A program made the translations under genes and the position numbers. From contig NC_043019.1 in the NCBI RefSeq assembly GCF_006345805.1, forward strand, positions 20,645,360 to 20,709,359: DNA of 64,000 nt, in the 5' to 3' direction. The stretch is from Octopus sinensis. Lineage: Eukaryota. Below, in pieces: positions 37,201 through 51,432 of the stretch (positions are counted from its first letter, which is position 1; every line of letters starts with the position of its first letter). A model generated the notes under the pieces. That model ran no database searches and was not told the DNA's origin. It saw only the letters and a program-made list of their open reading frames with translations.

Positions 37201-38229
37201 TTGGTTCAAATAAACCCTTCAAAGCAGTGCTCCAGCATGATCACAGTCAAATGACTGAAACAAGTAAAATATTTCTTCAGGTTGAGTCCCATTTAATGGT
37301 TTCCAATAGTTGCACAGAAGCATCAAACAGCTTCTGTGTGCATGTATCAGTGTTATATTTCTTACTGTATAAAGAACGATCCTAATGCAAAGTTTGTTTA
37401 GACACAAAGCATAAAATAACTGTTGGTATAAACTAGCATTTGACATGGGAGGGAAAGACCTGTGAGGATTGAAAAGGGGACAAACAAATTGCTATGCTTA
37501 ACCATTTTGATACCAATCTGCTTCAGACTACCTCAGGTTCTCTGATACAAATTTCCTGTTTTAACTCATTAGCATTTGAATTATTCTATCAAATGTAACA
37601 CTTATATATTCATTCATCATTTTGAATTTATTGAGCATTATCTTGTAGCCTTGATTTTGATGTGATTGTAAATTGTTTTAGTCTAACATTGTAGGGTAGG
37701 CACGAGAGGCTGGATCTGGCAAGTTTCAACATAAAACAGGAAGAATATTTTGGTCGGATGTGGTTGGTTTAAATGCTAAAAGGTTGAAGTGATCTAAATC
37801 AAAACCTTCTTCCATCAAAATTTCATTTTAATTAATGTTCCATACACCAGCTTTATAATGAAAAATTTTATTAAATTCTTCATTATTTTCAAAACTAATC
37901 GAAACAAAAGCAGTGTATTTCAACAGAAATACATTAAGGAGAAGTAACTGAGAACCCTTCTTCTGTATAGGTACAAACAGACATTGTTGTGTGCAAAGTA
38001 ATCAAGATTACAACAGATCTCTACCTGGAGCTGTTTATACAACCGACTTTATGATCAATGAATGACTGTTCTTGACCAAGGAGTGTAGCTGATAATTAGA
38101 TTGATCACTTGAAACCTAATTTAGGTCTCAATGAGTAACCATATTTTATCTTACACCCAACAGGAATACAACTGACTATACACTTCTAACAAAAGTTTAC
38201 ATTGAGCATGTTTACAGTTTTTAATTAGA

Positions 38230-38485
38230 GAAACAAGAACCAGGTCTCCAGTTCAAGAATAAATTCTTCCTATTTCTAACCAGTCTTGGAGGCTCAACGA
38301 AAGACTATGGAATAAGCTGCCGGACGAGATAGTGAAGATGCCGACGACCGCTCGGTTCAAAGTCTCTCTTGACCAGAAATGGCCTGAACTCTTTGCATGA
38401 ACACCCTCCCTCTACATAACTCTATGTCCCCCTATATGGCCTTGCTTTTTGCTTTTTGAGCCAAAAAATTACCTTAACTTAACTA
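38230..38485 (+). mobile_element. CR1/L2-clade LINE 3' end fragment
   Basis: LWNKLPDEIVKMPTTARFKVSLDQKWPELFA* matches the WNxLP...FKxxLD ORF2 C-terminus, with a taacttaact tail. Confidence 0.75.
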
Positions 38486-38872
38486 CCTTTCTTCTAGAGA
38501 GAGAGAGAGAGAATTATAAACAATAGGATGAAATCCGAGATCACTGACAATTTTTTTCCAGTAGTTTTATAATAGTGCTCTTTAAGTTAGACAAATTCAG
38601 TATAGTCCCCATTTATCAGGATATAATGGACTGATTGGTTAAGTTAAAGCATAGATGACTTTCATCTAACAATCATCTCTTGGAAGTTCATGTTTCATAT
38701 TGGTATGAGTTGGACAGTTTGACAGGAGTCAATAGGTCCACTGACTTCAAGCTTCATCATCTGCTTTGGCATGGTTTCTCAAGAGGAATGTTCTTCCTAA
38801 CATCAACCACTTTTACAGCACTTTGCACACTTTATTCATGACACCAGCACAAGTGAGATCATTGGGTGGAAC

Positions 38873-39208
38873 TTCAACAGAAAGGGAGGTGACTTTATAC
38901 TTAGGAAATAAGATGATGATAGAAATAAAATTGATAGATAATCCCAATTTTGGTTCTACTATTACATGAAATTCAGAGTTAAGTGGTTCCTTTTTGTTTT
39001 TCTTAAATTCACTTTAAAATATCAGGATATAAATTTTAAAATTCAACAGAAAAAGAGGTGACTTTATACTAGGAAATAAGATAAGATGATGGAAATAAAA
39101 TTGATAGATAATCCCAATTTTGGTTCTATTACATGAAATCCAGAGTTAAGTGGTTCCTTTTTGTATTTCTTAAATCCACTTTAAAATATCAGGATATAAA
39201 TTTCAAAA
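38873..39208. repeat. Local tandem duplication, unit about 170 bp
   Basis: Two adjacent copies of caacagaaa..gaggtgactttatact...atcaggatataaatt. Confidence 0.85.
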
Positions 39209-40991
39209 GTGGCTCAAGTACTCAGTGTCATAATTGTTTCAAGCCCACATGACATCTGACAATTTCCATGTAAAAATACAAAGCCATCTCTGTTCAACAC
39301 CCACAAGAGCACTGATAGAATATATAACGCCATGTCACTGATTTTCCAGGAACTTATTATATGCTTTAGTTTTCAATATGTTGACCTAGTTATTTCAGAC
39401 AGAACTTCAAGTGCTCCGCTGAAATGAGTTAATAGATGAATGCTTTAAACCAAGCCTGGCTAACTTGAATTGCATTGCGGGCCACTTTAATCACAGAAAG
39501 TTTTGTGAGGGCTGCTTGTATACTAACAAAATTGAAAGCATTTTGCTTCCTCATGCTATTATTACAATAACAAATGATTGCTGATTCAACACTAAATATT
39601 TTGTTGCAAAAGCAATAGTATCTTTCTTTATTATTTTTCATTACAACCTTTAATTTTTGATAAAAGCTTTTAAATATTTATTTAAATAAACCCATTTCAA
39701 GAAAGTATCAAGCAGGCCGCAAGATAAAAGTCTGTGGGTCTCAGGTTGGGTAGCCTTGCTTTAAGCCAGTTGGTCAAATTAACATGAACTCATGATTACA
39801 ATACTTTTAAAACCATTCCACTTCCTTCTTTGCTGTTGATCCAGCAGAATATCTAGGCTGCAAGTTGGGGTGGGTGGAGAGAGAGAGAAATACAAGGACT
39901 GCATCGACACTTGGCTGCTATTCATTTTCTAGCTGAATAGAATTTAGTGAAGTGGCATAAGGGAAGTGCCTTGCTCAAGGACACAATGCACTATGCAATC
40001 TAGGAGTCAAATCCAAGATGGAAACATTAACTGATGTAGTCCTAGATACATTATGGAATATAACAATATAATTGTACAGTTTTAAATTCTTATGATGTTA
40101 TCATCACCATCATATCAAAGTCTACTTTTCTATACTTGGATGGGTCCAAAGGAATTCATTGAAGCAAATTTTCTAATTGGATGTCCTTCCTGTTGCTAAC
40201 CCTCACCTGTTTCTAAATAGGGCCAATATTTCCCCTTGACTGAATATGTTTCCACAGAAGAGTGGAAACATAGGTTACAGTTTGTATGATAGTGACACCC
40301 ACTTACATCACAATGTTAGGACATAGAGGCACACATATGATGGGCTTCTTTCGGTTACTGTCTACTAGATCCAAGCACAAGGCTTGTCGGTTTGATGCTA
40401 TAATAGAAGATACCCAAAGCGCCAGGCAGTGGGACTGAAACCATGTGAACTACTAAACTACACAACCACACCCACTTGTACAGTGAGCACTTCTACAGAC
40501 ATTCCAGTAATGAGCTTGGGAATATTAGAAATACAGAGTTTCAAGTGTAAACAAAAGTGAAAGAAATATTTGGCCTAGAAACATAATCCCAGGCAAGTTT
40601 AGCAAGATATTCCACTACTATAAAATTGGTTTCCATAATTCATGATACAGAATATCAACATCTTCAGGACCTAACTAGTCGCCATTAATAGGGAAGGAAA
40701 AAAAAAAGCCCCAAAATATCGATTCCTTTACGCTTCAAGTTTCAGATTTTATTGAAATTACTCCCACCACCAACATACTATACTTAGTACTTATTTCATG
40801 GATCCCAACGGGGATGATGTGAATTTTAATCATAGAGGACTGAAACTAAATATAAACAAAAGTTCAATTTGGAACCTGCACTGCCACACCAATCAGTAGG
40901 AATGCTCCGATGACACAGCAAGAACTAAACTGAGATGGAAATTCATTCACACCCCCACCCTCTGAGTTTTTTGAACCATCACTCAGATTTT

Positions 40992-41172
40992 CAAAACTCA
41001 GGAGTACAACTTATCATACCAGAGGGCGCACACTCTCCTACCCTGATGTAATCTCCCGGGATACAGGCATCCAGCAACAGGACCTCCGTAATGCCATGGT
41101 GGACCGTGAAGTCTGGCGTAGCATGGTAAATTCCACTGTCTCGACCACGGTCAAACAATGATGATGATGATA
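40992..41172 (+). mobile_element. RTE LINE 3' terminal fragment
   Basis: TLSYPDVISRDTGIQQQDLRNAMVDREVWRSMVN followed by a (TGA)n tail. Confidence 0.75.
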
Positions 41173-41915
41173 CCATCATGAAAGGCATTAATGCCATTGC
41201 AAATATGCTTCAACCAATCAGCACTGGCTGGGTCGTTATGGTCGATGCAGGAAGTCTGCAAATTTGGTTAAATAGCTTGACCAATGGTTCTGGAAACTTT
41301 TGCTTCGTATAAAAAGCTGAAAAATTCAACTTCTGGACAAGAGCCACTTTGCAGACCACTCAAAGCCATGTCATATTGCTCAGTGAGTCTGTCTCACCTT
41401 TATTCTTTACTTTTCCTCATTCAAAATGTTTATTTCGTATTCGTCAAAAGGCAACAACCTAAAATTGCAATGTTGAATCATGCACAAACTTACAAGCAGT
41501 TTATTTTATCCCCAGTAATTAAGAACTACTTTCATAACCCTAACTAACCTCTTGTATATCAGAAGATTCCCGTCACGTTCGCTATCGTATGTTCCATTAA
41601 ATTAAATATATCTACACGTGTAAATATAAACAAAGGAGAATAATAGTGTATATAAACTCATTAGTGTTGTCATTCTCGTTTTCACATGCCCCTTACCTCA
41701 TATTGCGAACAATTAGCCATGAATTAATGAATTAAAACCAACACTAAAATATCGATCTTTTATTTGTTTGTCATTAGACTGCCGTCATTACCTTGATTTG
41801 TAGTCGAACAAATTTAAGTTTGGTACTTTATCGATCTTTGTTTCTGAACTGCTAACTTACGGGGACATAAGCAATGCCAATTGACGGTCTTCAAACATTT
41901 TCCATCTACCAAATT

Positions 41916-42338
41916 GGATCTTTTCGGTTTGAACGGCAGCTTTTTTCTAGCGGTGATATATGAAATTGTCACCCATAATTATGACCCTAGTATCGATCTA
42001 TTGCATTTCAATCTATTTTAGGGTTAGGGTTATGGGTGAAGGAAGGGTATCTTTTTTTCTTCAGAAATGTAAATAAACCCAATCTGTTTCTTAAACGAGG
42101 GACATATTCATACGGCACAGAATGTTTTTTTTTTACCTCAACAGACGTCAGTGATTGGTTGAAATTGCAGAAATTGAAGAAAAAACAACAACAAATATCT
42201 TACAAACTATAGAATTTTCTCAATAAAGCCAAGAGAAAAAGATGTTTTATAAACACATTCTACCAGTATACGAAGTTTAAAAGTGTTTAGTTAACTAGAA
42301 ATTGTGTTGAAAAACTGCCGTTCAAACCGAAAAGATCC
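41916..42338. mobile_element. Non-autonomous DNA transposon with GG-starting TIRs and 8-bp TSD (Merlin-like or hAT)
   Basis: ggatcttttcggtttgaacggcag...ctgccgttcaaaccgaaaagatcc with TSD ACCAAATT on both sides, inserted into a family B SINE remnant. Confidence 0.82.
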
Positions 42339-42929
42339 ACCAAATTTACTAACATGCCATTGGTCAGTTAAGAGCTGTAGAAGACATGCAGAAGGTTCGC
42401 GCAATGGGACTCCACCCGAAACCATGTGGTTGTAAAACTAGCTTAAACAACACAGCCATTCTTAAGCTTCACTGAAACAGTCTCGTCTTTATCTAGAATT
42501 AGACAGAGACGGCACATTGGCAGAAAGGTGCATTTAAATTCCCTGGGGAAACTGTCGAAATTTCAAACTCTTGTGGAGGATGTTGAAATCTCAGCACCAC
42601 TACCCTACACACACCAAACTGCAACTTATAAGAAACCAAGAGCTGGAAGAAGCCTATCACAATAATCACAGAATAACTTTTTATCTACAGAGAATAATCT
42701 TGATACAAAACAGATGTAATTAGGCTGTCACTAAAAACCTTTTATATATCTTCAATAGCCCTCGCCCTCTTCGCGCACTCGGTAAATATTCTTCCTATGG
42801 CACTAATTATTGAAACACTTAAGATAAACAAAAATCACCTCCTGCTCATCTTTAGAAGAAACTGAAAGGTAAACTGGAAAATTACACCTAGATGAAAGTA
42901 AACGGTTAAAAAAAAAAGTCATAATATGA

Positions 42930-42973
<44 letters not shown>

Positions 42974-45900
42974 AGCAAATTCTTGACATAGTTTCACGAC
43001 TATTGTTGGAGGAGAGTGGATTGACGAGTGAAACCAGTTTGGGGTTGAGGATAGAAGGAGGGGCGTGGTGAAAGAACGGTGAGTCAGAGTAGGAGGAAGG
43101 AAGGGAAGACAGTTAAAAGAGGGAAACGTTGGAGAAAAAAGAATGGAGAGAGAGATAGATAGATAGAGAAAAAGAAAACAGCATACTACCCCGCCCCCCA
43201 CTAAAACACCCACGCAATGTCCGTCAACAAGAAATTTTTACCAGTTTTAGAATATAAAATCAAATAAAGACAAAGAATTTGTTCTACTGTGCCCGGTACC
43301 ATCGTACCACCACCACCACCACCGCATCTCGGCAATGTGTGGGTATATGTGGTGGCCGCTGACACTAAACGATGGCGATGGTGTCAGCCGAGAATTATCT
43401 TGCTCCAGTTACTGTAACTATAACACAAGTTTTGGAGGGAAAAAATATGACTGACAACCGACCAGAGATAAATCGCCAAATAACTATTTTTCGCATCCTA
43501 TATCACACGTGTGCACAATGTGTGTCTGTGTGTGTGTATATATATATACATACATATATATTAAAAATGGGGAAGACCGGTTTATGGAATTAACTTGGGT
43601 TTCCTGTCCATAAAAGGTTTAGTTTTATGACATATCGTCAAATCCCAAAAACCTGAAGGCCCATCTTAGAGTGTGCTTCTTTTGGATTTGTTTTTTTTAC
43701 AAACTATATATATATATATATATAATATATATATATATATATCACCGTGACCGACCAGGCTATCAGATGTTGCTACACATTGCTGGTCACAATGCGCTTT
43801 GCATTGTTTTAGCCTTCAAATGACGCCACCCCGCTGGCTAAGCGAGCAGGCCAATATATATATAGATATATATATATATATAAAACTATTGCCAATTAAT
43901 AAAAAAAGTTACATTTAGGACAGGCTCAAGGTACCGGCAACTCGGGCAGTCGCACGGGACGGCATGTGCATTTTAGTCAACATTTTCAGTTTTTCTCCTT
44001 GTGAAAGTTTCAAAAAATTATACTTGTAAAGGCACCGAAGTTCAGCTTGCACGGGGCGCTAGCAACCAACCCTAGGGCCGGCCCTGGTTACACTGAACCT
44101 CATCTCTAATGACAAAAGATTTCGTCGAATATGCTCCTACACCATGTGTAAGCTGCTAATTATAATTAGTAATAAACAACTCACTCCAGATGTTTTAATT
44201 TAACAAACGGTGAAAAATAAGGGAGGGGGCGAGGTCTTGAACTTATGTTGTCACAAAAAAACTTTTCAAAAGTTTCGTTTCTTCAGCAAAACCTGTTGAT
44301 TAGTCAGCAACTAATCACTTTCACAGAGGTCTTTAAAAGGCATGACTTGCAATATATATATATATATACACACATGCGCATACATAGGATGTATAAACGC
44401 ATGTCTACTGCGCACCCTGCAAATTTCAATCTATCTAGTGAATACCAGTAATATACCCAGATATACACACTGTTCAATATCCTCTTCTATACACATAAAA
44501 TAGTTAATCCCAAATACTCAAGATGACAATTACTAGAATGATAACACCTAATCCATCGCCCGGTTTAAGACCACCTTCTCGTGCTTGGAAGTACAGCATT
44601 TAGTAGAGACCACTCTTTTGTATGTATTCAAATCAGATCTTTAGTTTAAAAAGATACTTCTTTTCTCTCTCTATCTCTCCCTGACCAGTTTCAGATGCCC
44701 CTAAAAGTATCAAAGGCATTGCTTTTCCCTATGTCTAAAAGATAAACACACAGAATTTAGCACCCAGATCAACCCCGATTAAGCGAACCCATGATCAAAA
44801 GCCTAGAAGCCACGAATCATCCTCTATTTTTACACTATATACAAAAGTGTAAATATTAAATGGATTCCGCTACCTTTTCTTTAAGGTGCAAATAAGAGAG
44901 ATTTGGCTGCTGTTTCTAGCAGTGGAGATGACCCGAACAATTGTATTTATTGTACTGGATGAAGAATCCAGATTGAATCCATCATAGTAAACTACTGAAG
45001 CGCACAGAAACAGTTTCACAAGAGAGGTGGAGTTATCTAGGTGATAATAAAAACCCAGTTTAGAAAGTCTATCTCTGGAGGAATTGGTCAAATAATAACA
45101 ATAACCAAATAACTGATCTTTCACAGAAATCGATCATCGAACAGTATTGGTTGTATTGAACACAATTTTAATGGAAATAGTAACATATGATGCACAGAAT
45201 AAACCATCACTGATCGGGTATTATCACCACAGCCCAGTTTATAGTAAACAAACGAATTCATAAATAAGGCAGAGGCAAAATAAAACGAGATGTGGAGCTA
45301 AGGTTTAAAATATATGTGTAGCAGATGTGGGAAATGAGTTTACGGAAAAGGGAAGAAAAATAAAGCCGAAATCTAAAGATTAATAAATACGCGAAATATA
45401 TAGAGAGAGGAAGCTACCCGGAATAGGCAGACATTTTAGACAAGGATTTACCAACTGTTTGAACTGTGGTGGAATTGTAGCGATGATGAAATAGACATTA
45501 ACTGAAATAGAAACGATTATAAATAGTTTTTAAAAAAATTAACCCCCCCCCCCCCAATATATAAATAGCTTCATTTATTGCAATCTCAAATATTTCTTAA
45601 TGCAGATGGAAGCTCGTGTCAATGCACGGCAATAGTGAACAGACATTTATTTATAAAGCGATACCTGGGTATATATTTATGGAAATGTTATAAATGTAAT
45701 ATTATAAAACTACTCCAGAATAGACTCAATTGCATTTAAAATAATAAAAATACAATCTAGTTTCTGTTAAAAATTCCAATATTTTTTTCTTTGTTAAAAT
45801 ATTAAAAGGCCAAAATCTGCAATGATTAGCAGATAATTTATATGAAATTATGAGGATAAAAAAGAAAAAACCGTTGACGGAGGAAGATCATATATAAATA

Positions 45901-46629
45901 GAATCAGGTTGAGTCAGGGGAAGAGAAAATACATTAGTCGGGGGAGGGTTATTTTCGGCAAATGATGTAAAAATGATTGCAATTTTGCAGCCACAAAGCT
46001 AAATGTTACCACAAACAAAATTGCAGTAGTGTTTGTATAAACGCATATTTGCTAATGACTTAATTTGTGTATGTATATATATATATACACTCAATTAGGT
46101 AGTGTTCTACGTCTATATTATTGCTTTGGTGCTAAAACTCTAATTAAAGTTATGTATATATATATATATATACTCAATTAGGTAGTGTTCTACGTCTATA
46201 TTATTGCTTTGGTGCTTAATTAAAGTTATAATTGGCAGCAAGAGCTTTGATTAAAGGAGTATTAACAACGGGCACTGAATGTATAATTTAAATTTAATTA
46301 AGCAAAAACAAAAAAACCCTCAGTGGTGTTGATGTGACTTCAGGGAGTCTGACTATAAATATTAAGATTGCAAAAATATATATTATTTTCATTATGAAAA
46401 GGTAACTAGAAATAAACAGACAGGTAAATACCATCTTAATGAATATTGCTTTTATTATCCCATATTTAAATTGGCCTTTTGATTGAGCAGTTACTCGTGG
46501 GTAGCACATTCATAAATGTGTGGGACTTAATATAGGTAAAAGCGCAGTCAAAATACTAATTTGAATTTAGGACCATAAAAGCGAAGTACGCCTCTCTTTC
46601 TCTCTATATATATACATATATATATATAC

Positions 46630-46660
<31 letters not shown>

Positions 46661-46781
46661 CACACACAAACAATGGTGAGATGCAGTACAACTCGGGTGT
46701 TTAAATTCAAAAGGGAACTCGATACAAAGTTTTTTTCCCCCCTCCAAACAAGGAAATAATTAAAGAGAAATCACAACTTAC

Positions 46782-47197
46782 TTGGTAAGCCATTCATCGG
46801 CCTCGGCCTTGTATTTTCCCGATTCTATTTGTAAACGTGCTTTCTCCTTAGCCATTTCATCCAGCAGTTTCCTGGCATCATTCAGCTCAGACTCGTACAA
46901 AGATTTGATGTTTGTTACCTCGCGTGATACGGTTTCCTCGGACGACCGAACCTGGACCATCAACCGACTGTTCTCGGTTTCCAATTGACGCACCCGATCG
47001 ATGTAATTAGCAAGACGATCATTGAGACTTTGCAGTTCTTCTTTCTCTTGTATACGAGATAGCCTGGCCGGGGATGGAGCCCTGCTTCGACGAAGAAACG
47101 ACGGCGAGCCGGAAGATGTACCGGCACTATCGGCTTCCCCAGACCCGGACGACGATATTGTCGTCGTGGTTATGGTTTTACGTGTTTTCGTTGACAT
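46782..47197 (-). CDS. Lam: Nuclear lamin, coding exon 1 (head, coil 1a, start of coil 1b)
   Basis: MSTKTRK...[41 protein letters not shown] is the classic lamin/IF coil 1a, preceded by a CDK1-type SP-x-R site. The 416-nt exon ends AA|gtaagt (phase 2). Confidence 0.97.
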
Positions 47198-47590
47198 TTT
47201 TTGTCTTATGGATGATCAAAGAAAATGTGTTTGGTTTCCAAAAATTAATCAAGAGTTGTCTATTTTAGCAGACAGTGGTTCGGGGGATTGGAGCTTGGTG
47301 TAAAAGTGGAACGGCTAACGGGGTACCATACACATGTAACACCTAAGAAAAAAACGGACAAACGTGCAACCCAAAACTTCACGACTAAATTCAGTCTGTA
47401 AAGAGGTTTTGGTTTTCTACGAGACTGCTGCCACGTGTGAAGAAAACGTCAATTAATCGAAGACAGTTTAAAGTCTGTTTGGAAGACTTTACAAAATCTC
47501 CAGCAGCTCACCAACACTAAACAATCATCAATTAGTGCAATATGGCGGGGCACATGCGCGCCTCGTGTCACGTGATAAAACCGGCAACTT
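47198..47590 (-). promoter_or_regulatory. Lamin 5' UTR and proximal promoter (approximate)
   Basis: Unique, relatively CpG-rich sequence directly upstream of the ATG. Contains E-boxes CACGTG (47432-47437) and GTCACGTGAT (47567-47576) and an ATGGCG/TGCGCG cluster at 47542-47560. The TSS cannot be placed from sequence alone. Confidence 0.55.
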
Positions 47591-48775
47591 CAGCACGATC
47601 GCTCACTCTCTCTCTTACCCTTTCTATCTTCCTTCCTCTTACCTTCTTTCTCCCCCATTTCCCCTCTCGTTTATATGGATCATTCTGTCTCTTTCTCTCT
47701 CTCTCTGTCAGTAACCAATTTCCTCTCTGCTTATATCACAGCCCCCCACCTCCAGTCTCTCACTCACTCTCTCTTTCGCTTTCTATCTTCCTCTTTCCTT
47801 CTTTCTCCCCATTTCCCCCTCTCGTTTATATGGATCATTCTGTCTCTTTCTCTCTCTCTCCCTCTCTCTGTCAGTAACCAATTTCCTCTCTGGTTATATA
47901 TATCACAGTCCCCCGTCCAGTCTCTCACTCCCTCTCCGTCCTTATACCACAGACCCTTTCCTCTCTCGTTATTGACACCTCCCTCTTTCTCTTTCACTCC
48001 TACCTCCGCACTGATTATACCATTGCCTTTTCGTTCTCTTTCTCGCCAGTATTCGCTCTTGTATATACCATTGCTCTCTCTCTCACTGTTACCAATTTTC
48101 TCTCTGGTTATACAGGTCTCCTCCTTCTCCTTGGTAATACATACATCTCTGTTTTTCTCTTTTACCCAACATTCACATTATATATACCACAACTCTCTCT
48201 CTCTGTTTCATATTTCCCTCTCACTCCCACTCTGTCTTTCTCTCATTCCTTTCCCTCTCTCTTTTATCAACTTCTGATATCACACTCTCTCTACCATTTC
48301 CCCTGGTTATATATTAACTCTCTGTCGTCTGTCTGTCTCACTCTCTCTCTCTCCCGCCCGCGCATACTTCTGGTTAAACAGTCTCTTCTCTTTTTCTAGT
48401 TAACACTACACTCTTCCCCCTCTCCACTTACACTACATCTCTCTCTCTCTTACTCTTTTCACAAAAAACATCTCACTGGTTACACCTCTCTCTTCTGTCT
48501 TGCCTTTTGTTATAAACATCTCTCTCTCTCTCTCTCTCTCTCTTCCTCTTTTTCTGTCTACCTCTGGTTATGAATATCTGTTAACTGGATGTGTAGATAA
48601 ATTTAGCCTCCTTTGATATAGAATAACAGACTAACAAATCACTGGTATAACAAATAGCCAGTAGGCTGGGTAAAAATTCGTTATTAGCAATGGAAACAGT
48701 ATTTGTTCAAAATAGCATTCTGTTATATCTTAACGTGGATGCTTGCACCTGATGATATTCAAAGATGCAGAAATA

Positions 48776-49190
48776 CTCTTTACTCTTTTACTTGTTTCAG
48801 TCATTTGACTGCGGCCATGCTGGAGCACCGCCTTTAATCGAGCAACTCGACCCCAGGACTTATTCTTTTGTAAGCCTAGTACTTATTTTATCGGTATCTT
48901 TTGCCGAACCGCTATGTAACGGGAACATAAACACACCAGCATCGGTTGTCAATGCTAGGGGGACAAACAGACATACACACACACACACACGCATATATAT
49001 ATATATATACATATATACACATATACGACGGGCTTCTATCAGTTTCCGTCTACCAAATTCACTCACAAGGCTTTGGTCGGCCCGAGGCCATAGTAGAAGA
49101 CACTTGCCCAGGGTGCCACGCAGTGGGACTGAACCCGGAACCATGTTGTTGGTAAACAAGCTACTTACCACACAGCCACTCCTGCGCCTA
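48776..49190 (-). mobile_element. SINE family B copy
   Basis: Full-length match to 15375-15778. Confidence 0.88.
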
Positions 49191-50129
49191 TTAAGTAATT
49201 CTACCGCTGCCATTTGACACTTTTTGTTTGCTGCTGAATATAGATCTGTGCTTTTTAGCACTATACATCTATATGCAATGCTTTCTTGAGGTGAATACCA
49301 CAGTTTTTTGGCTTTCTACAGTTTATCCACATTAAGTAAAATATACACAATGATGTGTATAGATATCAATATCATCATCATCGTTTGTGTGTCTGTGTTT
49401 GTCCCCCCAGCATTGCTTGACAACCGATGCTGGTGTATTTACATCCCTGTAACTAAGCAGTTTGGCAAAAGACACCGCTAGAATTTAGTACTAGGCTTAC
49501 AAAGAATAAGACTTGGGGTCGATTTGCTTGACTAAAGGCAGTGTGCCAGCATGGCCACGGTCAAATGACTGACACAAGTAAAAGAGTAAAAGAGAACTCC
49601 AGATGGCAAGCGGAAGAATGCCATTCACTTGAAAATAATAATAAAAAAACATTAAAATATTGTCTGTTTAAAGAAAGCTAAAATATAAATACTTCCTGTA
49701 AAAACAACTTACATTTTTGAAATCACATTCAGTTAAAAATACTTCTAAATGATTAAAATATTGTGTACATCAAAAAACCAACGTTTTTGTTTTTCTTATA
49801 GAGCGCGAAGACTATGTGTGTGTATATGTCACAGATGGCGAACGTGTGTTTGTGTTGATTGACCAGCCATGACATTCATTATATGTGTGTGTGTGTATTC
49901 TATGTGCGTTGACATCACAGAAGCTATGTTCTTTTTCATCATGAAATAACAAACAAAAATTGTGTTTAATCGTTTTCATTAATAAATAGAGATCCACATA
50001 TCCCAAAAATTTGTACTGCACTGCCAAAGGTAAGCAAGAAAGTAAATATGCAAAAAAAAATTAGACAAAATATACTATTTCTGAGATATTTCAGGTACAC
50101 ACAACATCTCTAGAGTTTTAGTATTATCA

Positions 50130-50282
50130 AGATATATATATATACTACATATATATGCATATATATATATTATATATATATATATCTATATATATATACG
50201 TATAGATGTAATTATGTACATATACATATGTATATATGCATATATATAATTTATATATATATATATATGTATGTATATATAT

Positions 50283-50341
<59 letters not shown>

Positions 50342-50755
50342 ATATATATTACACACACATATATATCACACATATACACACACACAATATATATATATAT
50401 ATATATATACATAGGTTTGAGGATTGCCGATCAGTGTAGGTGGTATATTTGCAGCTGCTTTTCTCTCCTTTGCCTTGCATCCTGAAGCCTGTTAATGCTG
50501 GTTGCAAGAAAGTTTTTAATACCATTTTGGCAACATTGCCAGCCCAGAGCAATTGTGATTGTATAATTGTGATTGCAAATCATTGGCAGGTCTTAGATGT
50601 CACATTTGACATAAGCATAATGATATATATATATATATATATATATATGTATCATCATCATCATCATCATCATCATCGTTTAACGTCTGCTTTCCATGCT
50701 AGCATGGGTTGGACGGTTCAACTGGGGTCTGGGGAGCCCGAAGGCTGCATCAGGC

Positions 50756-50796
<41 letters not shown>

Positions 50797-51209
50797 CAAA
50801 ATTAGAAAATGGAGAAACATACTTAAATCAATCAAACATCAACCATCAGATGATACCCAATCAATACTTTATTACACCATTACATAACAGTAAAGGCATT
50901 ATACAAAATATATTGTAAATATATACAAAAAATAAGCAACAAGAATGAATCCGGTAATTTAGTACAATTGTTTCATACTACAACATTTTATTAAAAGCTG
51001 TAAATATTACAGCAGATTTAAGATGCTGAGTAATCTTCCAATAATATAAAGTTTTCAAATCAATTAATAACATCTTAGGGAAGGTAAATATACAGATAAA
51101 GATGTAGATATGAATCTTAGGAACATTTGAGGTTGTGTGGTTCAGATGCCCACTGACAAAACCTTGTTTACAACTGACTGCTGTAAGAAAAATTGTTGCT
51201 GAACTTATA

Positions 51210-51298
<89 letters not shown>

Positions 51299-51320
51299 TA
51301 TATGTATATAATATATATAT

Positions 51321-51362
<42 letters not shown>

Positions 51363-51391
51363 ATATATATCATATATATATTATATATATA

Positions 51392-51432
<41 letters not shown>

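Noticed and set aside
42016-42037. Interstitial telomere
   Set aside because: Only about two TTAGGG units, internal to a MITE.
45487-45510. C/D box snoRNA (ATGATGA...CTGA)
   Set aside because: The boxes are only about 12 nt apart, with no terminal stem or further D box.
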